Shown: positions 25,701-35,655 of the stretch, piece by piece | Numbering within the stretch: the stretch's first letter is position 1 | Layout of the letters: every line of letters starts with the position of its first letter | NCBI GenBank assembly: GCA_051294375.1 | Contig: CM119271.1 | Coordinates: 16,652,470 to 16,716,469, forward strand | Origin: Paraspadella gotoi | Taxonomy: Eukaryota > Animalia > Chaetognatha | Length of the DNA stretch: 64,000 nucleotides | Direction: 5' to 3' | Notes under the pieces: generated by a model | Databases searched by the model: none | Seen by the model: the letters and a program-made list of their open reading frames with translations, nothing else | What the model was told of the DNA's origin: nothing | Program-made: the position numbers and the translations under genes

Positions 25701-27319
25701 GTATAATCCAAGAATCAATTAATCAGTTCAATCCAAAAAACAATTAACAGTTCAATCCAAAAATCAATTAATCAGTTCAATCCAAGAATCAATTAATCAG
25801 TTTCAATCCAAGAATCAATTAATCAGTTCAATCTAAGAATCAATTAATCAGTTCAATCCAAGAATCAATTAATCAGTTCAATCCAAAGAATCAATTAATC
25901 AGTTCAATCCAAAAATTTAACAAGTTCAATCCAAAATCAATTAATCAGTTCAATCCAAGAATCAATTAATCAGTTCAATCCAAGAATCAATTAATCAGTT
26001 CAATCCAAGAATCAATTAATCAGTTCAATCCAAGAATCAATTAATCAGTTCAATCCAAAAATCAATTAATCAGTTTAAATCCAAAAAACAATTAACAGTT
26101 CAATCAAAAATCAATTAATCAGTTTTAATCCAAGAATCAATTAATCAGTTCAATCTAAGAATCAATTAATCAGTTCAATCCAAGAATCAATTAATCAGTT
26201 TTCAATCCAAGAATCAAATTAATCAGTCTTTACCTTTCTTGTGCAGCACGAATTCATGGAAATCGATCTCATTCACGATCGTCAATTTCGTGTCTCTCTA
26301 CTCGATCCCGTCTGCACTTGGAATCCGCGCCTCTGGTTCAAAGTCTTCTACAACATCTTGGCGGCGCCATGGACCGTTGGCGCCGCGGCGGCGCGGATGG
26401 CGGGGTCGAAGAAGTCGGGTCTGTACGCGGCGCCAATGGCCCTTTCTCTCTTACTCTTCATTGCGATGCAGATCTGCAATACGGCGCTCTTCGGGTTGTG
26501 GGCTCTTGGCTGGATTTGCTATCTCGGTTTTGTCGGTAAGGGGTAGACGAGTTGTTTTTTTTATTGAAAAGTATATTTATAAATGACGAAGTTTTCAATT
26601 AGTAAAAAGGGCTAAGTCCTCAGCTATCACCGTGCTTAATAAGATTATTTTTTGGGTTCCCCAAGGCTATACATATCATTCACCCAGCTGCCTATAAATT
26701 TGTTATGCTTGAAAATTTCTCAAAAATTACTAGTAATAATTATAGTATGTTATAAACAAAAGTTTAGTTTAAGAACTAATTTTTAAAAACTTTTCAAAAA
26801 ATTATAACATTCTTTAGTTTAGTTAGTTTTATGGTGTATAAGAATCCATCAATGGTTCACAGCAATTCTATCCCGGTGACCACAGTACGTATGTACGTGT
26901 ACGTGTATACTGTGTAGTAAGGCGTAATGAAAGTTGCCGATTAAAATTTAAATAGTTGATCATGAACATTGAAAAATAAATCGCCTTTAACAAGATCCGA
27001 AGATAAAAGATTTCTGATTTATGAAGGATTTAGTCATTAATTCATTATTACCTCACCCTTTTCTCCCCCCCCCCTTCTAACAGCCATCGTGACCAGTTTT
27101 CGCGCAGAGGCTCGTCGACGCCTTCAAATCAGGGGCAACCCGTTGGAGGATCTCTTTTCTTCTCTTTTCTTCTATCCAGGAGTCGCCGTGCAGTTGGAAG
27201 AAGCGTCCAAAGATGTCGCGGATTCCGTGGAGCCTTCGCCAACACCCTCGGCGGAGATGTTGCCCGTGAAGAGCGCGGATCGGCTGCTGGAGTCGGACCG
27301 GCCTTTCGATCACGTTTAA
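13740..27319 (+). CDS. BCCT-family (BetT/BetP/OpuD-like) betaine/choline/carnitine transporter, copy 1; 16 exons, 860 aa
   Basis: Manual splicing with GT-AG junctions and consistent phases. Exons: 13740-13802, 14395-14519, 14930-15032, 15151-15262, 15339-15505, 16718-16864, 16927-17079, 17175-17363, 17827-18001, 18087-18194, 18264-18505, 22939-23054, 23896-24091, 24383-24544, 26247-26535, 27084-27319 (2583 nt, one open frame to TAA). BCCT motifs: [36 protein letters not shown]; [11 protein letters not shown]; [32 protein letters not shown]; FVTSLDSGS; ALQT..I..GLPY. Exon 1 is the least certain. Confidence 0.93.
15848..16380 (+). mobile_element. MITE with degenerate telomere-like core
   Basis: ATATTTTCTGAAAGCACCCCATTT...AAATGGGGAACTTTTGGAAAATAT. 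Confidence 0.55.
17415..17630 (+). mobile_element. Solo LTR of the tRNA-containing TRIM (intron 8 of copy 1)
   Basis: Matches the 28644 LTR. The 72-nt tRNA-like cassette at 17432-17503 has a perfect acceptor stem GCGGCCA/TGGCCGC and B-box GGTTCAAGCCC. Confidence 0.8.
24790..25028 (+). repeat. Unclassified dispersed repeat
   Basis: Near-identical to 49730-49948; partial copies at 24600-24720 and 36180-36230, inverted at 45185-45300 and 48430-48520. Confidence 0.7.
25258..26226. repeat. 25-bp minisatellite (AATCCAAGAATCAATTAATCAGTTC), ~38 units, intron 14 of copy 1
   Basis: Tandem units seen directly. Confidence 0.95.
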
Positions 27320-28316
27320 CCGGGTTTAGGTTTTCTTTTTAAAAAAGATTAACTCAATTGTCTCTTAATGAAAGCTTCTTTTTTTTTTTGAAGAGAAGGG
27401 GAGGTAATTTTTAGAATTGGTTTTAGTAGCCGCTGAAAAAATATTTTTTTCATGCAAAATGTTTTTGATTATTTCTAATTTTATTTTTTAAAATGATAAA
27501 AGTTTAACTTTTTAATTAAATCTCTAAACAGCTGTTTAGAGATTTAGCATTAAGGTTTTTATTCATATTTTTTATTTAATTTTTTTCTTTTTCTGTGCTT
27601 TTTATTTTTCTTTCTCTCTTTTTTTAGAATTTTTTTTAAATTTTGATGCCAAACTGAATCCGTAAAAAAATATTTTTCCTTTGGTTGTTTTAAAGAATCT
27701 CTCTGCACGATTCAATTAATCAATTAACCAATTAATCAATTAACCATTTTAATTATTTTGACTATTAAAGGGGACATCTTTCTGTGAAGTGATGTTTACT
27801 CCTAAATGAATCAATTAATTAGAATTTAGGATTTTCCTAAATTGATAATTTTGTTATTGCATTGTTTCATCTTAGCAAGGGTAAAATGCAAATGTTTACA
27901 ATGGTACAATTATTTTTTTTATAAATATTGATAACTATTTGGTCAACATGGTATGGTAGCTATCGATAAGATCCGTTTAATATGTTTTTATACACTTACC
28001 ATTTGATTTTGTCCAATACTGTTTTATTGCTGATAAATTTTTATCGACTTATGCAAAAAATTATAAGATTAAAAAGCATCTTTTTAAGTCAGTCTATATT
28101 ATAAGTTATTTAAACACTAAATACCAAACTTACTCAATCTTGTGGAGCATAATATACATGATTGTCAATTTTTTCTGAAAATTGCTTTGTTGAAACATTA
28201 AATATAATAATGTCCTATTCTAATACTAATTTCTCTTTAATCCTTTAAAACACGATTAGAAAGTATTTTTCGTTTCTAATTTTCTAATTAATCAATTGTA
28301 AAATAGGTAATTACTA

Positions 28317-28483
28317 AACAAGTTTGAGCAAACAATGCCGGATCTGGCCACGATCATGAGCAGTAATTAATAAATAAGCTATTTGATTAATTAATTAATT
28401 ATCTAACCATTTCCGGAATTGTCATTGACCACGACAAAAGCAACGACGACGATGATAGTCATAACGATACGATAACACCGACG

Positions 28484-28516
<33 letters not shown>

Positions 28517-29400
28517 AGGTTAATTGCTTGATAAACTAATTGATTGACTAAAGGATCGATCAATTGATTAATTATTTAATTTATTAATCAATTAATTTTC
28601 GTTTTCTCTCTAAAGTAAAAAACAAAAAAGAATTATCAGATAGTATGGTGGACTAAAATCCAACAACCGTTCATCAGTGGCCATTGGTGCCGGAGGCAAG
28701 TCATTCGCCTCCCAACCCAAAGGTCCGGGGTTCGAGCCCAGTGGCCGCCGAGGCGCTTAACCCGCCTGTAACATGGTGTTACAGCCTGATTCGAAGCTCA
28801 GGGACTGCTTATGTTGAACGGTTCTGTCATTAACACTTATCAATAATTACTGTCTCTTCATTGGTGAGCCCGACTTCTGAACACAACAGCAACAACAGCA
28901 CTCTCAGGCGACATGCCTCAACCTGGCGATGCACTTTTCACCAACAACACATCAGGCAACTTGGTGACGCACTTTCCACCAACAACAATAATTCACTGAA
29001 GAGATGCAACAGACTTCTCCCTACGGGAGGGGGGATGTATGGTGGACTAAAATCCACCAACCGTTCAACAGTGGCCATTGGTGCTGGAGGCAAATCATTC
29101 GCTTCCCAACCCAGCCAGCCCAGTGGCCGCCTAGCAGTTAAGAGGGACGGGGCGATTAACCCGCCTGTAACATGGTGTTGCAGCCTGATCCGAAGTTCAG
29201 GGACTGCTTATGTTGAACGGTTCTGTCATTAATACTTATCAATAATTACTCTCTTTTCGATAGTAAATTTTTTTTCGATTTAAACTTATTTCCNNNNNNN
29301 NNNTAATTACTGTCTTTTCGATAGTAAATTTTTTTTCCAATTTAAACTTATTTCCACTTTGAGGAATCCGTTAATTAATGAATAAATAAATTAATTAATC
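28317..29400 (-). mobile_element. DINE-1/HINE-like fragment hosting the TRIM
   Basis: AACAAGTTTGAGCAAACAATGCCGGATCTG terminus and the ACAAAAGCAACGACGACGATGAT block. Confidence 0.65.
28644..29259 (+). mobile_element. TRIM (miniature non-autonomous LTR retrotransposon) with tRNA-like sequence inside its LTRs
   Basis: Direct repeats 28644-28860 and 29038-29259. PBS TGGTGAGCCCGAC at 28862-28874 (12/13 match to the tRNA-Trp PBS TGGTGACCCCGAC). PPT GGGAGGGGGGA at 29025-29035. 4-bp TSD ATAG (28640-28643 / 29260-29263). No coding capacity. Confidence 0.85.
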
Positions 29401-29729
29401 GCCATAACTAGAACGCTAGATATAGTTTAGTGCGAAATCGCCAAATCGCGACTTTGCCATGACGCCCTTGCCTAAACTAAACTCAGATTAGGGTTAGGGT
29501 TGAGGTGGGTTAGGGTTAGGGAAGGTACTAGCGAGGGACATTAGGGATTAGGGTTGAGGCACGGAGATGTACGGGAGGCCTGGGCCTGGTTTAGAGTTAG
29601 GCTTAGGAGAGAGGCCCGTGGGTTATGTGTCGAAGGGTTAGGGTTGAGGCACGGAGATGTACGGGAGTGGAGGTACTGGCGATATCGCCATGGCGAAGTC
29701 GCCAACCGACAAGAACCTGTCGACATTTA

Positions 29730-29770
<41 letters not shown>

Positions 29771-30380
29771 GTAAAACTTGTTCCAAGCCAAATATGTCAT
29801 TGAACCGAACGTATCCGAATAAACCTATTTTTATTTAAAAAACAAGATTAGTTCATAAAAACTTAACAATCAAACTTAATAAATCAAATGAAACGTCATG
29901 AAAATCGCAGATTCATCCCAACCTAAATCATAAATATTTCATTATCCATGGAAAGTCGATAATTCTTGGAATCGTAGCGATAGTTTTTCCTCGTTTAAAC
30001 CGATACTAGTTCCTCCAGTAAAAATACGTTTTGGAATTTCATTTAGCATTCGGTTGTCCTCAGTAGTTAAATGAGATAATGACAAAAAAGACGATATATG
30101 TCAGTTCGATCGATTACTATTCTTCTCTTCTAAACCAAAGCAGGTTTGTCCACATTTTACGATCGCGAGGTGCGGACGACGAAGTCAAATTGGAATCGTA
30201 AAAAGAAAAAAAAATTTAAAAAATAAATAAAATTAAGAACTTGAATTCACGAATTTTTTCAAATTATTAAAGTGATATATACTTTAATCATTACCGTGTA
30301 TATTAAATTTTTTTTAAACAAAATTCTGTGACCATTAATAAACATTAAACCTTTTAAATATTAAATGAGAAAATTAACTA

Positions 30381-30575
30381 CGCTGAAGAGGCTGATTTTT
30401 ACAGAGTGCCACAACCGCAGCGGTGTCACCTTGTAGCGACAGCGAGACAGCATGTTCATGTAGAACAGAGCTTTGGATCTGGCAGCAGGCCCTTGCCTAC
30501 AGGCATAACAACCTTAGGGCTCGAACCAGGACGCACATTGGGATGGTGCATTAGTCCACTGAGCCACTGAGGCGC
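30381..30575 (-). mobile_element. tRNA-derived SINE-like element
   Basis: Minus strand begins GCGCCTCAGTGGCTCAGTGG (A-box) ... GGTTCGAGCCC (B-box), followed by a ~130-nt GC-rich body; no complete cloverleaf. Confidence 0.6.
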
Positions 30576-30989
30576 TGCGAAAGAAAAAGCTTTAATCCAT
30601 ATGTGGTGATAGGACCACCAACGCAACGAAAAAGAAGAGATTTAAACAATACATTTTATATAAAAAAAGATTTTGTTCATTTCGAAACAGCACAATGAAA
30701 ATTATAGAAAAAATCTAGGTAATAAATTATTGTATAAACAAGTTTGAGCAAACAATGTCCGATCTGCCCACGATAATTTAGCGTAAGCAGCTAATCAGAT
30801 GATAAATTATGATAAATCTTGTAATAATTATTTATTTATTTTATTTTTATTTTAATATTTCTAATTTATGGTTCTTTTCTAACTTTTATTCTTCTTTTAT
30901 ATTGTTGTCATTCGTCATCTTTAATTAAAGATTTTTAATTTAATAGTTTGTATTGTATTTTTTCCTTTCTGTTTCGTTGTGATTTGACC

Positions 30990-31500
30990 GCTTCCAGGCA
31001 TACGAGACCCTATCGCGACGCTAGTGGCCACTACCTATCTGCTATAGCCGAACACACGGCTAATACTGGCCATCTATTCAGAGAATCAGACTGTCCCATG
31101 ACCCAAGCTGGTTCTCAAGAGGTATTAGAGAGGCAATCTACATCAAAGCCCTCGAGCCCTCTTTGAACAATGATGGAGGACGATTCGATCTCCCTCAAAG
31201 CTATGATTCGCTTATCAAAAGCGTGGTGGAGGCCCCGCCCCCACCACGTCCGCACAATGATTCCCCCGTCTCCACTCAACGAGATAGGCGGAGACCCTTG
31301 CGCAGGCTCTTTCTTATTACTTGAAATTTCCCTTCTCCTAATACTTAGCTATCCCTCACTAACAATAAAAATTTTACATTTCTGAACTTCTATTTCACTT
31401 CACTAATTTTACAGTAGTTAATTGTTGATATTATTCATTACTAAAGTTTACAAAAAATTTTAACTTTAACATTTCACAATGTATTATTTTTTTTCAAGCA

Positions 31501-31560
<60 letters not shown>

Positions 31561-31659
31561 CAATTTCTTTCACAAAACTATCTCTGTCCTCACCTTCACC
31601 TGTCCCTCATAAAAAATTGACCACTATCCTTTCTCTCAAACTCTGTGTTGGAAACTTTG

Positions 31660-31699
<40 letters not shown>

Positions 31700-31810
31700 A
31701 TGCACAAAATTCTCTTCAAATTCACAAATTGAATTGTCACTGAACAAGACTCGTATGTGAGTCGAAACATGTCCGTTTCACTATGAAATAAAAATCGTTG
31801 TAAAATATCT
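30990..31810 (+). mobile_element. Penelope-like element 3' fragment: GIY-YIG endonuclease C-terminus plus pLTR with hammerhead-like motif
   Basis: Translation gives SAIAEHTANTGHLF and, after a frameshift, WFSRGIREAIYIKALEPSLNNDGGRFDLPQSYDSLI, typical of the end of PLE GIY-YIG domains. Hammerhead-like motif at 31740-31773. Confidence 0.8.
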
Positions 31811-31870
31811 CTTCAAAACTTTAATTTAAGAGTCTAAATCCACAATGGACAAACTACGATAAACCATACA

Positions 31871-32000
31871 CAATTCATGATTGATGATCTCCAATCAAGA
31901 ATCAATGATGTGCAATTCATGATTGATGATCTCCAATCAACAATCAACGATGTGCAATTCATGATTGATGATCTCCAATCAACAATCAATGATGTGCAAT
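31871..32000. repeat. 42-bp tandem repeat x3
   Basis: CAATTCATGATTGATGATCTCCAATCAA.AATCAA.GATGTG at 31871, 31913 and 31955. Confidence 0.9.
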
Positions 32001-33837
32001 ACACGATTCTGCAAACGATGATTTTTGATAAATTATAGATTTAATGATAAAACAATATTAATTCAATGATAACAAATTATAACGAACTATTGATTAAATA
32101 ATTAAGAATTATTGACGCAATAATAACGAATTATTGATGCAATGATAATGAATTATTGAGGCGATGATAGTCATTAATCAATGCCATTATAATCCTTCAT
32201 TGATGCGATAACTGTTATTCATGGTTGTAATTGACGCGATGATTATCATTGATTGATGCAATGAGAGTCATTTATTTATGCTATTATAATCATTTATTGA
32301 TGAAATTAAAATCAATAATTTATTCGGTGATATGATGCAATGATTAACGCGAATTAACATTCATTGATGTGATGATAGTCATTTATTGATACGATGATAA
32401 TCAATGCGATTTTTTATTCAATGATAGTGATTTAATGATGTGATAATAGTAGATGCAATGATAATCCATAAATGTTAGACACATCAGAAAGAGAGAAAGA
32501 GAGAGAGAGAGAGAGACATAAGAAATCATAACAGATTTCTTAATAAATCAATAAAGAAATCTATAAATAAATCATTCAATCAACTGATCAATAAGCCAAT
32601 CAATCACTTCAACTGAGAGAGAGAAAGAAAAAGAATTCAGATTTATAAATGTGACATTTGTTTTTTCTATTTAAACTCTTTTCCACTCGTACGATTTTAT
32701 TGAAAATTAATATCCAGCTCAATCACACACTTTCATACCAACACAAAGTTTCATATCAATCCATCCATCCAACTATAAATAATTGGAATAATTATAAATA
32801 TAATTATACGAATTCAAGTTAAACCAACTCGAACCACACCTGCGACTCGTGCGTGAATCGCCGGCGACATCGCTATTTGAATATTACAACTTAGGTTATT
32901 GGAGTTTGATTGCAAAGGTGGGACGGAGACTCAGACAGACGGACGTACGGACGGACATCACTTTTTTTGCATAATTTATCATAATTCGATGTCCTGATAT
33001 GATAAAAATGATTTACCAACAAGCTTTTGGAGTGGGGCCGACGGACCGACAAAGTGAATTATTGAAAAACCCCTACGAACAAAAGACACTTAAAGATATT
33101 AAAGTTAGTTTTGTTCTTTGAACACAAACAGGATATTTTTTGTGCTATATATCTATGTATAGTAATGTAAAAGCACGTACGTTCAAACAGCCCGACATGT
33201 AAATACGCAAAAACTAAAACTGTTTCATTCAGCTCCTGCACCTTTGCAAATTTGTACAAAAGAAAAAAACGCATAGAAAAAAATTGAGAAAGTAAAAGGA
33301 AAAAAAATAGAAAAATGATAATAGAATCTTAAGTGAAAAAAGAAATAATGAATAACTAAAAAGAAACAAGAACAGTGAAGTTTAACTCGTTGCTCAATGA
33401 TAATTAAGTTGTAAACCGCCTCGGGGTATGGAAAACCCACCAACCCAGTTCCAAACCCCGGACCTGTTACATGACTGCGAGAGGGTTTAAAAAAGTTGCG
33501 GAAAGCACTTTGGAGCCCACTTAGTGCTATATCCACAGTTTTACCCAAGTTATAAAGATTTAAAATCTAAAACAGACCTAAGACAGACAACAGACAGACG
33601 GACCAAAAAAGTGACTTAAAGAGCTACTTCGCAATGAATCGCGGCTAAAAAGAAAATAAAAACCGTTAAGCCTTGAGTCACCCGAATCTCTCTGTTGGGT
33701 GGAAAGGAGAAAATCGAAAACTAGTTGCGATCCAGATTGTTCTTTTTATTATTTTTCATATTTCGAAAATGTTCGAAATTTGGAAAAACATCCGAATTAA
33801 TAAAATTATATTTTTTTTTACAAAATTTTCCAAAAAC

Positions 33838-34028
33838 GACCCATTTCTATTTCAAAAGCGACACATTTCTATTCCAAAACAACTAATTTCTATTTCAAAA
33901 GTAATTTATTTTTATTCCAAAAGCAACATATTTCTATTCCAAAAGTAACCCATTTCTATTCCAAAAGCGACTTTTTTTTATTCTAAAAGCAACCTATTTT
34001 TATTCCAAAGGTAACCCATTTCTATTCC
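33838..34028. repeat. ~20-bp tandem repeat (ATTTCTATTCCAAAAGCAAC-like), ~9 units
   Basis: Seen directly. Confidence 0.8.
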
Positions 34029-34102
34029 TTTATTTTTAGCCCTAAGTTGTAGTTCATTCAAATAGCGATGTCGCCGGCGATTCACGCACGAGTCGCAGGT
34101 GT

Positions 34103-34330
34103 GGTTCTAGTTGGTTGGCGACTTCGCCATGGCGATATCGCCAGGGCTTTGGCGATGTCGCCAGTCCCCCCACTGGCGACCTCGCCAGTGATAAAAGTAG
34201 CGAATATAATGAAAAGCGCAGCTAACACGGGGATGAACATCACCTACAGGCTCCTCTCCCAACCCTAACCCTAAACATCGCCAAAGCCCTGGCGATATCG
34301 CCATGGCGAAGTCGCCAACCAACTAGAACC
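34103..34330. mobile_element. Fold-back MITE with perfect 56-bp TIRs
   Basis: 34103-34158 is the exact reverse complement of 34275-34330; a related partial copy lies at ~29410-29719. Confidence 0.75.
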
Positions 34331-34694
34331 ATAAATTTCAATCTAATTTTTAAAATTAAAAATTAACTTAATTCCGAATTTAAAAAGAAAAGGGGCGTTT
34401 TTGGAAAATAAGGCCAAAATTGATTGCTCGTAAAGATCAGTCTATCTTTCGTTCTGTACGTGTGTCCGTAGGTCGGGAATTTCCTTTCTTAATAATCTAT
34501 GGATTTTTCGATTCGTTTCAAGGATCCGTGCGTCCATCCCCAAGTCCGTATACATATCATGTCTCCAGTCCGTCCCTCTGTCCTTCTCTTGGGATTTAGT
34601 TTTATATCCTGTCCGTACGTCAATTCATGCAAACGTTACACCGGTTTCCTTTTGAAGCAGTCATTGAACTCTCTCCCTCTCTCTCTTCCGTTCC

Positions 34695-34732
<38 letters not shown>

Positions 34733-34848
34733 ATCCAAACTCGATCTTAAAGATCGAACACATGGATGGATGATCGAGCGCGTTTCCTGTCGACGAACTT
34801 TGTCTCTGTCTCTGTCCTCTCTTGTCTCTCTCTCTCTCTCCTCTCTCT

Positions 34849-34879
<31 letters not shown>

Positions 34880-34917
34880 TTCTGTTTTATTTTCGTATGT
34901 TAATCTAATCCCTTATT

Positions 34918-35421
34918 TTTAGTCGGATCTGCTTATGAGCAGATCCCGACTCTATAATTCACTTTGTCGGTCTGTCGGTCCGCCCCTTCAATCTTGCCGG
35001 GCATTCACTTATATCAGGTTAGAACATGATATGATAAATTATGCAAAAAAATGATGTCCGTCCGTCCGTCTATCCGTCCGTTTGTCTGTCTGTCTGTTTG
35101 TCTGTTAGTCTGTTTGTCTGTCTGTCAGTTAATTAATTACTAATTTATCAATCAATTATTTATTCAATCAATCAATTTATTTATCTATTATTTATTTATT
35201 CAGGCAATTTATTTATCATTTAATCAATCAAATCAATCATTATCGGCATTATTGTCATCGTCGCCATCATCGTTGTCGTTGCTTTTGTCGTGGTCAGTGA
35301 CGAAAAGACCTAAAAATAAATATTTTGGATCAAATTAATTAATTTATTAATTTATTGATTTATTAACTAATTACCGCTAATGATCATGGGCAGATCCGAC
35401 ATTGTTTGCTCAAACTTGTTT
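34918..35421 (+). mobile_element. DINE-1/HINE-like non-autonomous Helentron
   Basis: 5' subTIR GTCGGATCTGC with adjacent inverted copy (GCAGATCCCGAC), (GTCC/GTCT)n microsatellite, 3' subTIR GCAGATCCGAC, 3' stem-loop GTTTG-CT-CAAAC, T-rich boundaries. Confidence 0.8.
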
Positions 35422-35655
35422 ATTATCGATTTCTCTTTCTCTCTCTCCCTCTCTCTCTCCTTCCCTCTCTCTCTCTCTCTCTTTTTTTTTCTCTCTCTCT
35501 CCGTCATTTCCACTCCTTACCAATATTTCAAACCAAATCCATAAACCGGTTTTGAAGATCAATTTCCTGGGAACGAATTTTAGAGCGAAATCTATTTTAT
35601 TCTCGAAATTAAAAGGAAACAAAGTTATATAAACAAACTTAAAAATTAAAACATT

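Larger units (their letters stand above)
30737..33062 (-). mobile_element. DINE-1/HINE-like element expanded by a Penelope fragment and tandem repeats
   Basis: Terminus at 30737; core and GGAC repeats at 32660-33060. Confidence 0.65.

Noticed and set aside
25258-26226. Possible CRISPR array
   Set aside because: Head-to-tail units without unique spacers, no cas genes, and an intronic eukaryotic context.
29240-29355. Direct repeat around the 10-N gap
   Set aside because: Overlapping contig ends duplicated across a scaffold gap.
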